Shown here piece after piece: positions 8,778 to 17,788 of a stretch of DNA of 64,000 nt (its first letter is position 1; the number at the start of each line of letters is the position of its first letter). Origin of the DNA: an uncultured Ignavibacteria bacterium (GTDB lineage: Bacteria; Zixibacteria; MSB-5A5; WJJR01; JAJRUJ01); NCBI GenBank assembly GCA_964461835.1, contig CAYWVO010000006.1:13998-77997 (forward strand), in the 5' to 3' direction. The position numbers and the translations under genes are program-made. The notes under the pieces were generated by a model. That model did no database searches and was not told the DNA's origin. It saw only the letters and a program-made list of their open reading frames with translations.

Positions 8778-10661
8778 ATGGCGAATTTCGAAACTGTGGA
8801 AGTCTCAACCGACCTGCTGATTGTCGGTGGAGGCATGGCGGCCTGCGGTGCGGCGGTGGAAGCTGCGCACTGGGCCAAAAAGAACGACCTGAAGGTCGCG
8901 CTCGTCGACAAGGCGGCGATGGACCGTTCCGGTGCGGTCGCGATGGGTCTCTCGGCGATCAACCAGTACGTTGACCTGAAGTCCGGTAACAACACAGTCA
9001 AGGATTATGTGGATTATGTCCGCAACGACTTGATGGGTATCACCAGGGAAGACCTCGTGGCCAATATCGCCCGGCACGTCGATTCGACGGTGCACCTCTT
9101 TGAAAAATGGGGTCTGCCGATCTGGAAGGACGAGCAGGGCAATTATGTGCACGAAGGTCGCTGGCAGCTGATGATCAACGGCGAATCCTACAAAGTCGTC
9201 GTGGCGGAAGCGGCCAAGAACGCGCTTGGCACCGACAATATTTACGAGCGTGTCTTCATTGTCGGCCCGATCATGTGTGGTGACAAGTGCGGTGGCGCGG
9301 TCGGATTCTCGGTGCGCGAAAACAAGTTCTACGTCTTCAAGTCTCGGGCTACGCTGGTTGCCCTCGGCGGCGCGGTGCACGTATTCAAGCCGCGGTCGGC
9401 TGGTGAAGGTCTGGGGCGCGCCTGGTATCCGCCGTGGAACTCGGGTTCCTCGGCTTACTTCACCTTGAAGGCCGGCGCTGAGATGACCTGTCAGGAAGTC
9501 CGGTTTATCCCGGTCCGCTTTAAGGACGCGTACGGTCCGGTTGGGGCCTGGTTCCTCTTGTTTAAGTCCCGCGCGACCAATGCCAAGGGTGAAGCCTACA
9601 TGGAGACCCGCCGCCCCGAACTCGAAAACTGGGCGCCGTACGGGAAGGTGAAACCGATTCCGGCAAACCTGCGTAACTGGCTGGGTATGCTGGATATCAT
9701 GGAAGGTCTCGGCCCGATCTACATGCGGACCGAGGAAGCGATTAAGAAGATCGCCGACGAATCGCCCGACGAAAAGGCCTACAAGAAGAAAATGAAAGAA
9801 CTTGAGGCCGAGGCGTGGGAAGACTTCCTGGATATGACCATCTCCCAGGCGATTCTCTGGGCGGCTACCAACACCGCTCCGGAAGAGAAACCGTCCGAAA
9901 TCGCCGCCGCGGAACCGTACTTCATCGGCTCCCACTCCGGCGCCTCGGGTGCGTGGGTCTCTGGTCCGGAAGACTTGCAGAACGACAAGACCAAGAGCGA
10001 CTACTTCTGGGGTTACGTGAACATGGCTACCGTGCCGGGGATCTTCTGCGCGGGTGACGCCTCCGGCGCCTCCAGCCACAAGTTCTCCTCCGGTTCGCAC
10101 GCCGAAGGTCGTATCGCAGCAAAGGGCGCGATTCAGTACCTCGTGAAAGAAAATCCGTCCCTGACTTACGACGATGCGGCGATCGAGAAGATGAAAGAAG
10201 AAATCCTGAAGCCGCTCGACCTGTTTGAACAGCACAAGGCCAGCTCCAGTGATCCGGACATCAATCCGAATTACATGAAGCCGAAGATGTTCATGTTCCG
10301 CCTGCAGAAGATTATGGACGAATACGCGGGCGGCGTGACGGCGCAGTTCACCACCAGCCAGTCCAACCTGGAAAAGGCGCTGGAACTGCTCGCGTTCCTG
10401 AAAGAAGACTCCGAGCATCTCGCAGCGTCCGACCTGCACGAACTGATGCGCTGCTGGGAAAATGTTCACCGGATGTGGCAGGCCGAAGCGCACGTGCGCA
10501 CGATTATGTTCCGCGAGGAGACTCGCTGGCCGGGCTACTACTTCCGCTCTGACACCCCGAAGATCAATGAAGACTGGAGAGTCTTCGTCAACTGCAAAGT
10601 AGATCCGAGTTCCGGTGAGTGGGAAATGATCAAGCGCCCGATTCACACCATTTATGAATAA
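8778..10661 (+). CDS. aprA: Adenylylsulfate (APS) reductase alpha subunit, a flavoprotein
   Basis: Has the FAD-binding N-terminus LIVGGGMAACGAA. Length 627 aa. An AGGAGG RBS precedes the start. Lies immediately after aprB. Confidence 0.95.
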   Translation: MANFETVEVSTDLLIVGGGMAACGAAVEAAHWAKKNDLKVALVDKAAMDRSGAVAMGLSAINQYVDLKSGNNTVKDYVDYVRNDLMGITREDLVANIARHVDSTVHLFEKWGLPIWKDEQGNYVHEGRWQLMINGESYKVVVAEAAKNALGTDNIYERVFIVGPIMCGDKCGGAVGFSVRENKFYVFKSRATLVALGGAVHVFKPRSAGEGLGRAWYPPWNSGSSAYFTLKAGAEMTCQEVRFIPVRFKDAYGPVGAWFLLFKSRATNAKGEAYMETRRPELENWAPYGKVKPIPANLRNWLGMLDIMEGLGPIYMRTEEAIKKIADESPDEKAYKKKMKELEAEAWEDFLDMTISQAILWAATNTAPEEKPSEIAAAEPYFIGSHSGASGAWVSGPEDLQNDKTKSDYFWGYVNMATVPGIFCAGDASGASSHKFSSGSHAEGRIAAKGAIQYLVKENPSLTYDDAAIEKMKEEILKPLDLFEQHKASSSDPDINPNYMKPKMFMFRLQKIMDEYAGGVTAQFTTSQSNLEKALELLAFLKEDSEHLAASDLHELMRCWENVHRMWQAEAHVRTIMFREETRWPGYYFRSDTPKINEDWRVFVNCKVDPSSGEWEMIKRPIHTIYE

Positions 10662-10781
10662 TGGGTAATCGGAGCTGATCCGTTCCTGATTGTGTTTTGA
10701 CAGTCCCCCAGGCTCGTCCGGGCCTGGGGGACAAATTTTCCGATCCTCCCGGCGTACCAGCAGCGGAGGAGGATCGATGTG

Positions 10782-11063
10782 ATGACGACGATGACCGAAC
10801 TGAAGACTGAATGCTGCCCCTACTGTAATCAACCGATGAAGAAATGGTCGCCACCACCGGATTCCAGTTGGGGTGACCACTGGCAGTGGGTGTGCTTCAA
10901 CGACGAGTGTGAGTATTTTCGCAACGGGTGGAAGTGGATGAAAGACCGCTATAATGTCCGTGCCTCCTATCGCCATCGGAAACACCCGATTACCGGCGAA
11001 ACGGGTCCTCTGCCGGTGTGGTCGCTGACGGCGCTACGGGCAGATATCATCGACGAGGAGTAA
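10782..11063 (+). CDS. Small Cys-rich zinc-ribbon-like protein, hypothetical
   Basis: Has CCPYC … CFNDEC cysteine pairs. A GGAGGAGG RBS lies 9 nt upstream of the ATG. Co-oriented directly downstream of aprA. Confidence 0.5.
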   Translation: MTTMTELKTECCPYCNQPMKKWSPPPDSSWGDHWQWVCFNDECEYFRNGWKWMKDRYNVRASYRHRKHPITGETGPLPVWSLTALRADIIDEE

Positions 11064-11100
11064 CTGCTTGTCGTGAATTTCGGGGACGAGAGGTAATATC

Positions 11101-11931
11101 ATGCAGGAAGAAATGAACAAGCTTAAAGAGGATATTCTGAAGAATTACCCCCGATTGCAAAAGAAAGACGTCTTTCAGTTTGCCTGTCATAAAGGCGTGC
11201 CGTGCTTTAATGACTGTTGTAGTGATGTGAATATCTTTTTGACTCCGTATGATATTATCTGCCTGAAGAACCATCTGGGTATCACCTCCGGTGAATTCTT
11301 GGAGAAATACACGGTCTCCCCGTTTGGGAAGAAGCAGAAGTACCCGGTGCGGCTGCTGAAGATGACGGAAACCGAAGATAAAAAATGCCCATTTGTCACC
11401 GATGAAGGTTGTAGGGTTTATTCCGACCGCCCCTGGTCCTGCCGCATGTATCCACTCGGGTTAGCCTCACCCAAAGAGGGCTCACCGGAATCGGAGGACT
11501 TTTACTTTTTGATGAAAGAACAGGTCTGCAAAGGATTTGAAGAGAAGCAGGAGCAGACCATCGAGGAGTGGCTGGAGGATCAGGGGATCAACGCCTATGA
11601 TGAAATGGGGCGGTTGTACAAAGAGGTCACCCTGCATGAGTTCTTTGAAGAGGACAAGGAGCTGACTCCTCCGAAGATGGAGATGTTCCATCTGGTGTGC
11701 TATGATATTGATACGTTCCGTAAATTTGTCTTCGAAAGCTCGTTTTTAGGGAAATTTGAGGTCGACGACCAGACGCTGGCGAAAATGAAAGAGTCGGACG
11801 TTGAGCTTTTCAAGTTTGGCGTACTGTGGCTGAAATTCGCGTTGTTCGGCGAGAAAACCATGAAGGTGAAGGACGAAGTCCGTGCCGCCAAGGAGCGCGA
11901 AATCCGCAACCGCATGACCCCGCGGGGATAA
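11101..11931 (+). CDS. YkgJ/UPF0153 family protein with a putative Zn/Fe-chelating CxxCxxCC domain
   Basis: Has CHKGVPCFNDCC and, downstream, KKCPF…GCRVYSDRPWSCRMYP, the typical YkgJ family signature. Length 276 aa. Confidence 0.7.
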   Translation: MQEEMNKLKEDILKNYPRLQKKDVFQFACHKGVPCFNDCCSDVNIFLTPYDIICLKNHLGITSGEFLEKYTVSPFGKKQKYPVRLLKMTETEDKKCPFVTDEGCRVYSDRPWSCRMYPLGLASPKEGSPESEDFYFLMKEQVCKGFEEKQEQTIEEWLEDQGINAYDEMGRLYKEVTLHEFFEEDKELTPPKMEMFHLVCYDIDTFRKFVFESSFLGKFEVDDQTLAKMKESDVELFKFGVLWLKFALFGEKTMKVKDEVRAAKEREIRNRMTPRG

Positions 11932-12018
11932 CTTCAGCCGTTACTTCGATCGATAGTTCTTAAAGAAATCCGCCAAAGGGTGGACCGCCCGCCGTTAGTC
12001 TTATGAGGAAGTGCCAAG

Positions 12019-13455
12019 TTAGCCCGTTTCATCTGGTGTGTAATAGTTAGTTGGAAAGTGTTTCAAATTGTAAATTGCAAAATCATGGAGTAATATCTGC
12101 TTCCAGTTAATTGGGAATATTTTTAACGGTTGTAATCTATCCAGATATACTGGATCTATTCTAAGCATAGTTTCTCTTCCCCGAGCCCCCCCTATCAGGA
12201 GATTTATCCTCTCAATGCCGAATTCGGTTTCCAAGATTTCCTTGATCTTAGTTGCGAATTCGTCTGCCCCAGTGCTAAAACTCAGAGCAATCCTCAGATG
12301 TCCTGTGCCCCCTGTGCGATCTGTAGGACTAATTCGGCTCCGCACGTCTGCGTAACCTCTAACAAAACTCATTATAACATTCCTATCCACTGTATCAGCG
12401 ATCAGATCAGGGATAATTGGCACCACCCCGCGGCGAGTAATTTGCAAGGAGGATAAATAATCATTAACGGCACATAAGACTGCTGAAGATCCATTAAATC
12501 TAATCCTGATCTTATAATCATAATCAGATACTTTTTGCACCGACGCCCTGTCGCCGGAATCTATTCTATCGAAGTACTCATTTAGAGAATCGCGAATCCC
12601 ATTTACGTCTTTTCGGAAAGCCTTAGCCTGGTCCATTCGGAAGCTCGTAATTCCATCGGCGAGGATGATGCCTTCATTCTCAGTACCCCGGTTAAATACG
12701 CCTTTGTGGTAAATGATTTCTAATAACCTATCATGCACCAATGTCCCCCCGGCGGCTATAAGACCCAAAAGGTATGCTATGTCTGCATTGGGGATAACCT
12801 GCATTGCCTCTATAGCGGCCTGGAATAGACTGTCTAACTCGTTCCTATGAGTAGCCTGCAGTCGTTGAACAAGAGGCGTATCTCCTCCTTGCTCATTGAA
12901 GAACCGCTCATATTGTTCGATAATTGCATAATGGTTTTCGGGCTTAATGGCGCAGGGTGAAGCCCAGATGGCTTCCACCTCTTCTTTCGTACTTCTCAGT
13001 ACACGATCTCTTGAGACGCCTTCAAGGAAGACATTTGCTTCCAGATTATGGGTTATTCCAGAAACAGTCAAATTGGAAGAGCCGATTATAACTTTCAAGG
13101 CAGAAGACTTTCTGAATAAATATATCTTAGAGTGTAATAGTCTTTTGCACTTTTCGTTCACTACTTTCTCTGATCTGTAAAATACTCTGCATTGTGAATT
13201 ACCGGGGATGGTAGCCAATTCCTCGATGATTTGTGGTTCCGTGAAGAACCGCTCTATGTCGAACACAACACGAAGTCTTCCACCCCTTCGCAAAAAAGAA
13301 ACAATATCTTCCCTGAATAGTTCAAATGCATTATACCTGGCAAAAGCAACTAGGAAGAAAATATCATCTGCCCAACGGAGACAATCCCGAATCTGTGACT
13401 CTAATTGTTTTCTTTCGGTGGTCAGAAGGTAAGCTTCCATTTGTTCAACAATCAA
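12019..13455 (-). CDS. PLD-superfamily (HKD-like) nuclease, the putative restriction endonuclease of a Type II R-M pair. Its C-terminal roughly 280-aa domain is uncharacterised.
   Basis: Has the partial HKD signature LHSKIYLF…IIGSSNLT near residue 110. It overlaps the upstream methyltransferase gene by 4 bp. GC is low, about 40-45%. Confidence 0.65.
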   Translation of the reverse strand: MIVEQMEAYLLTTERKQLESQIRDCLRWADDIFFLVAFARYNAFELFREDIVSFLRRGGRLRVVFDIERFFTEPQIIEELATIPGNSQCRVFYRSEKVVNEKCKRLLHSKIYLFRKSSALKVIIGSSNLTVSGITHNLEANVFLEGVSRDRVLRSTKEEVEAIWASPCAIKPENHYAIIEQYERFFNEQGGDTPLVQRLQATHRNELDSLFQAAIEAMQVIPNADIAYLLGLIAAGGTLVHDRLLEIIYHKGVFNRGTENEGIILADGITSFRMDQAKAFRKDVNGIRDSLNEYFDRIDSGDRASVQKVSDYDYKIRIRFNGSSAVLCAVNDYLSSLQITRRGVVPIIPDLIADTVDRNVIMSFVRGYADVRSRISPTDRTGGTGHLRIALSFSTGADEFATKIKEILETEFGIERINLLIGGARGRETMLRIDPVYLDRLQPLKIFPINWKQILLHDFAIYNLKHFPTNYYTPDETG

Positions 13456-14282
13456 TCTCGTTTCCGAAAGATCAAGATGAATTCGTGGACTTTGTTAACC
13501 CTGAATACGCTTGGATACCCCAAAGGCCGCAAATTGTTGTATTCTTGCTTTCTATTCCAGATAATAATATCATCCAATGCAAACCCAATATCTGCCATCA
13601 TCGCCTGAATATCCATATGCAACGGATAACATTTATCCCCTTTTCGAATATCCATCACGATTACACAACAGTACCCATTTGGTTGGGTTGCACGATAGAC
13701 TAGTTCGAAGATTTCCCTAAGTTGTGCAAAGAAATCGGAGTAATCTGTTACGTTTCCAAGGTCACTCGGGGTGTTTCCGTAGTTTCTCCGGTTCTTTCCA
13801 TCAGCCGTACGTTTTTGATTGAGAATATCCCAATATGGCGGTGAGGTTATGGTTAACCTCACCGAATTGGGTTCGACATATTTCGCTAGATTTCTTGCGT
13901 CTGCACGTTTCATTTTCGCGAGAGCACTGTCAATGGTGTTGAATATATCCGTCTGTTGTAATCGTCTTTTGTATAAATCGATAAATGCCGGACTTAATTC
14001 AATTCCCAGACTGCGCCTATCTAATGCAGATGCTGCCAACAAAGTGGACCCGCTTCCGGCAAAAGGATCTAAAACCAGGTCGGATTCGTGGCTAAAAATC
14101 TCAATCAAACGGCTACACAGCATTGTGGGAAACATTGCAGGGTGATTGAGCTTCAACTCCTGCGGTGATTTTCTTATGTCATCCCAAACTGAAACGGAGT
14201 ACTTTAGCCAGGTCCTTCCATCCAACCCTATTGTGTTCTTTGTGGATAATCCCATCATGCAAACTCCTAAACCACTTGCCAT
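13452..14282 (-). CDS. DNA methyltransferase, N4-cytosine or N6-adenine, with gamma-type motif order
   Basis: Motif I/X is HPAMFP…VLDPFAGSGST. It is followed by SPPYWD (motif IV). Length 276 aa. GC is low. Confidence 0.85.
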   Translation of the reverse strand: MASGLGVCMMGLSTKNTIGLDGRTWLKYSVSVWDDIRKSPQELKLNHPAMFPTMLCSRLIEIFSHESDLVLDPFAGSGSTLLAASALDRRSLGIELSPAFIDLYKRRLQQTDIFNTIDSALAKMKRADARNLAKYVEPNSVRLTITSPPYWDILNQKRTADGKNRRNYGNTPSDLGNVTDYSDFFAQLREIFELVYRATQPNGYCCVIVMDIRKGDKCYPLHMDIQAMMADIGFALDDIIIWNRKQEYNNLRPLGYPSVFRVNKVHEFILIFRKRD

Positions 14283-14600
14283 GCTCAGCCGGACAAAAAT
14301 ACGTAAATAGGTGTGCGTTTGGAAATCATATTTTATCTTACTGGGGAAAAGAATTGCAACTGTCTCTCCTTATTGAGGTTAGGGGCCCGCAAATCTATTT
14401 CCGTAAATCGAGACTTTGGTTTGATCCACTGTAACTGATTACGTGGTTTCGACAAACGCAAAATTGGACCCGATTACTTCTCAGCATTCCTGGAGGGCGA
14501 GCCACCCGATTCTTTCACAAGAAGGTTGGTTCTCCCCAGAATTTCCCTGCGCCGGCGCCGGCCAACTCGTATGGTATTTGATATATGTGGGGGGTCACCG

Positions 14601-15059
14601 ATGAAAAATGATCTGACATATCGTGAAGTCCAGCCGGTTGAGTTTCCTAACCTGTTCAAACTATTGATCACCGAAGCACCGGAATTTGTCGAGACCGCCA
14701 TCCAAGTCCTCGATGCCGACGAAGAGCAATTTTATGAGATGTTCACGAACGAGGGCAAGGTCATCGCTATCGAATATCAGGGACGGCTTGCCGGATACTA
14801 CTGGATTGACGAAAACGGCGATACGTTCCATCTGCACGCGCTGGTGCTCAGACCGGAATTTCAAAACCGTGGTATCGGCAGTTATGTGATGAACGTGGTG
14901 GAAGACGCAACCGGCAAACATTTCAAGCGTATTGACGTTGGATTCAACGCCTCCAACCGTCGTGCCCGGGCATTTCTCGAACGGCACGGGTATCGCGTTG
15001 TCAAGGAAACACCCGACACGAATTATGTCTTCATGCAGAAGCCGCTGAACGAATCGTAG
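14601..15059 (+). CDS. GNAT family N-acetyltransferase
   Basis: Has the acetyl-CoA binding motif Q/RxxGxG/A (NRGIGSYVM). The ATG start sits inside the longer ORF called at 14526. Confidence 0.8.
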   Translation: MKNDLTYREVQPVEFPNLFKLLITEAPEFVETAIQVLDADEEQFYEMFTNEGKVIAIEYQGRLAGYYWIDENGDTFHLHALVLRPEFQNRGIGSYVMNVVEDATGKHFKRIDVGFNASNRRARAFLERHGYRVVKETPDTNYVFMQKPLNES

Positions 15060-15078
15060 ACACTGCAATTTAATTTGG

Positions 15079-15135
15079 AGGGTGGCAACCCCAAATGAAG
15101 CCGCCTCCGGCGGACCAAGTTTCGGTTGCAACCCG
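15079..15135 (-). repeat. Family-B repeat, copy B2 in inverted orientation (GGTTGCAACC…GTCCGCCGGAGGCGG…GGGTTGCCACCC)
   Basis: gggtggcaaccccaaatgaagccgcctccggcggaccaagtttcggttgcaacccg. Confidence 0.75.
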
Positions 15136-15212
15136 ATATCATCTACTGTGTCATAGAATACGATTTGCCTTTTACAGCTGATCGTTCCTGCCCCCTTGCT
15201 GCGCAAGGGTAA

Positions 15213-15248
15213 TGGGATCCCGGCTCAAGGCCGGGATGACACGTGGGG
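15213..15248 (-). repeat. Family-C hairpin repeat, copy C2
   Basis: gggatcccggctcaaggccgggatgacacgtgggg. Confidence 0.85.
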
Positions 15249-15342
15249 TAGCGGTACTAATTCTGCAGGATGGGCAGACCAGGAGAGGCAGTCACACAAA
15301 CCGCTTGTAAGGTAGTTCGGGTTCCGAAGAACGCAGAGCATT

Positions 15343-15426
15343 ACGAGAAACCCGACATTTGTAATCCGTTGTGGTAGTGTCGGGTTTCTCCGCGCGCTGA
15401 CGCGCACCTCGGAACGCCGACCTACT
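15343..15426 (+). repeat. Family-D repeat, copy D1 (TGTCGGGTTTCTCCGCGCGCTGACGCGCACCTCGGAAC). It includes a 13-bp inverted repeat GAGAAACCCGACA / TGTCGGGTTTCTC.
   Basis: A second copy lies at 21872-21923, with substitutions in the CGCGCG…CGCAC region. Confidence 0.75.
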
Positions 15427-15537
15427 GCAAATTCGACCCCATGACATTTGTCAACAGGCCCATCTGTCCGGGCCACGCTCGGTCTGCTAGCTCAGAGGTA
15501 AAGCCGGATCATACTGTTGCAATACGACATCAACCCC

Positions 15538-15583
15538 AAACTCGTTCCGCCGCAGGCGGACTAAATTTGAGGTTGCCACCCGC
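15538..15583 (+). repeat. Family-B repeat, copy B3
   Basis: gttccgccgcaggcggactaaatttgaggttgccaccc. Confidence 0.7.
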
Positions 15584-15599
15584 TGCTTGTGGCGGAACG

Positions 15600-15628
15600 G
15601 GCAGGTTCAAGACCTGCCGCGCACAAAA
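15600..15628 (-). repeat. Family-A hairpin repeat, copy A6, abutting the stop of the minus-strand lipoprotein gene
   Basis: ggcaggttcaagacctgccgcgcacaaaa. Confidence 0.8.
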
Positions 15629-16510
15629 TCACGGGCACTCGACGTCATTCTGGCTTTCATCCCAGCAGCGCCAGTTGTTGTCCCCGTAGAAATGCGGGTC
15701 CCTGATTCGACCATCTCCATCAATATGGTGCCACTCAATCTCGACCAGGTTCGCATTCGGCACGTTGTACAAGTTGTAGAACCGGTCGTATTCGTTGTCA
15801 GTGGTCGAGCCGTAGGAGATATAGCCGCCGTTGTTTGGGTTTTCCGGGATAACGTTGGTGTATTTCAAAGTCCCGGTATCGGCGGCGTCATCGTAGGTCC
15901 ATTCAATCGCCAAAAACGGCCTGGGGTCGGTTGGGGAGTGGTTCAAGTTCCAACTACCGGCTGATCGGTCCAGCTGACTGATACCGGTATACCATTCAAA
16001 ATCGGTGTACTCACTCTCCTTACTGATGGTCATGATCCAGAATACCTGATCACCGTCCACCCGACCATTCAACACTGCGCTGTGCTCCACGCCACCGGCG
16101 GTGAAGCTATACGCCCAGTTCCAGGAATTATCCTCCGGCTGCCACACCGGGTCCTGGCCGAATGCCGCTACAAACGAGGCAGCGGGGACGATCAGCGCCA
16201 GATTGAGGAGTGCATCCCAGATCCCGATCTGAAAAGCGGCACGAAACCAATAATCCTTGGTCTCTGATTGAGTTCTTTTGCCAAATAGCGGGCTAACCCC
16301 GTCGCCCCGATCGAAATCGTCAAAGTTCATGACGAATGACGATTGCGGCGGCAGGGGCGGTGCCTCTTCCGCTGGGCCGGTGGGATCATCGTCACTGCAC
16401 CCAACAAACAGCAGGGAAAACGCCATAAATGAGGCGAGGATCCCCAACCAACGATGCCGTCGCATATTTCTCATCTGGTTTCTCCTCTCAATGTATTGAT
16501 CCGTCTGCAT
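15629..16510 (-). CDS. Hypothetical secreted lipoprotein
   Basis: Has a signal peptide with the lipobox LLFVGCSDD. No recognisable domain. The true start is probably an internal Met (MRNMRRHRW…). Confidence 0.5.
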   Translation of the reverse strand: MQTDQYIERRNQMRNMRRHRWLGILASFMAFSLLFVGCSDDDPTGPAEEAPPLPPQSSFVMNFDDFDRGDGVSPLFGKRTQSETKDYWFRAAFQIGIWDALLNLALIVPAASFVAAFGQDPVWQPEDNSWNWAYSFTAGGVEHSAVLNGRVDGDQVFWIMTISKESEYTDFEWYTGISQLDRSAGSWNLNHSPTDPRPFLAIEWTYDDAADTGTLKYTNVIPENPNNGGYISYGSTTDNEYDRFYNLYNVPNANLVEIEWHHIDGDGRIRDPHFYGDNNWRCWDESQNDVECP

Positions 16511-16624
16511 TCTATACTATATGTATCGGAAATCAGTTTGCTGATTTTCAATACGTCAAGGATTCACTGGCATTTTCGCATCCCATGAGTATGTTCCGCC
16601 TGACGTAGATAGGAAGGGGTCGCC

Positions 16625-17128
16625 ATGGCAATACGCGACATACTGCAACTGGGAAATCCACGCCTGTACGAGACTGCCGAACCCGTTGCCCAGGGCGACC
16701 TTTCCGGCTTGACACCGGTGGTGACTGATCTGCAGGACACCATGATGGACTTCCGTCGGCGGTACGGGGCGGGACGGGCGATTGCCGCGCCGCAAATCGG
16801 GGTGCCAAAGCGGGTGATTTACCTGCATATTGACGAGCCTGTGGTGATTATCAATCCCGTACTCGATCAACAAAGTGACGAGATGATCGTAGTCTGGGAT
16901 GATTGTATGTCGTTCCGCGATTTGCTGGTGAAAGTGTACCGGCATCGGGCATGCCGGGTCGTATTCCGCGATCTGAAATGGCAGGAACACGAGCTCAGGT
17001 TGAAAGATGACTTGTCCGAACTACTGCAACATGAGTATGATCATCTGGACGGCATCCTGGCTGTATCGCGGGCGATCGATGACCGGTCCTTCGCCCTGCG
17101 CAGTCAGCGGGAGTTCTTGAAGGAGTAA
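16625..17128 (+). CDS. def: Peptide deformylase
   Basis: Has the GxGxAAxQ (GAGRAIAAPQIG) and HExxH (QHEYDHLDG) motifs. Confidence 0.9.
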   Translation: MAIRDILQLGNPRLYETAEPVAQGDLSGLTPVVTDLQDTMMDFRRRYGAGRAIAAPQIGVPKRVIYLHIDEPVVIINPVLDQQSDEMIVVWDDCMSFRDLLVKVYRHRACRVVFRDLKWQEHELRLKDDLSELLQHEYDHLDGILAVSRAIDDRSFALRSQREFLKE

Positions 17129-17132
17129 GTTC

Positions 17133-17558
17133 ATGAAGTTCTTTGATAAGATATTCAAGCGGACGGAGCGGCCGGGACGGCCGCGAGCCACCACGCAGGC
17201 AACCTGGGAAGAGGACGTGCTGACCAATCCGTTGCCGGTGGTGGTCGATTTCTGGGCCTCCTGGTGCACACCCTGCCAGGTGATGAGCGGTCTGGTGGAG
17301 GACCTCGGGCAGGAATACGCCGGGCGGGTTGATTTTTTCAAGCTGAATATCGATCAGGAATCGGACATCGCGGCGGATTTCGGTGTGTTGAGTATCCCCA
17401 CGCTTATCTTTTTTGCCAATAGTGAGCCGGTCGGGCGGATCAACGGACTGCTGCCGCTTGACGCCTTACGCCAGCAACTGGACGCGCTGATTGCCAAGGC
17501 GGCCAAAGATCGACCGGCAGCCGCGGACGATACGACCCGGGACGATACTGCGGATTGA
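17133..17558 (+). CDS. trx: Thioredoxin
   Basis: Has the WCxPC active site (WASWCTPCQ). Confidence 0.9.
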   Translation: MKFFDKIFKRTERPGRPRATTQATWEEDVLTNPLPVVVDFWASWCTPCQVMSGLVEDLGQEYAGRVDFFKLNIDQESDIAADFGVLSIPTLIFFANSEPVGRINGLLPLDALRQQLDALIAKAAKDRPAAADDTTRDDTAD

Positions 17559-17611
17559 CACACGCATCCGGACGCCGTATACTTATCCGGCCTTGGCGGT
17601 CATAAGTTGGT

Positions 17612-17685
17612 GCGCCCATAGCTCAATTGGACAGAGCGTCTGACTACGGATCAGAAGGTTGGGGGTTCGATTCCTCCTGGGCGTA
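17612..17685 (+). tRNA. tRNA-Arg, anticodon ACG
   Basis: Manual cloverleaf. Acceptor stem GCGCCCA / TGGGCGT, D-arm GCTC…GAGC, anticodon stem TCTGA / TCAGA with loop CTACGGA, and T-arm GGGGG-TTCGATT-CCTCC. No encoded CCA. Confidence 0.85.
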
Positions 17686-17788
17686 CTTTTGCCGCAACTG
17701 TTATCCTGTAAGTTGTAATTCCATAATCGGATTTGTTTGAATACCTTCGGGTAGGTAGGGGTACTGTCTGCAGGAGGAGGTGAACGAT

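Noticed and set aside
8805-10985. A 726-aa ORF on the minus strand covering the whole aprA region
   Set aside because: It is antisense to the strongly recognisable aprA gene. It is a typical long spurious ORF in high-GC DNA and has no motifs.
12019-14282. A DISARM-like or other multi-gene defence system, because of the PLD nuclease plus methylase
   Set aside because: No helicase, DUF1998 or other accessory genes are adjacent. A two-gene Type II R-M pair is the simplest reading.
16556-16990. A 144-aa minus-strand ORF
   Set aside because: It is antisense to the peptide deformylase gene.
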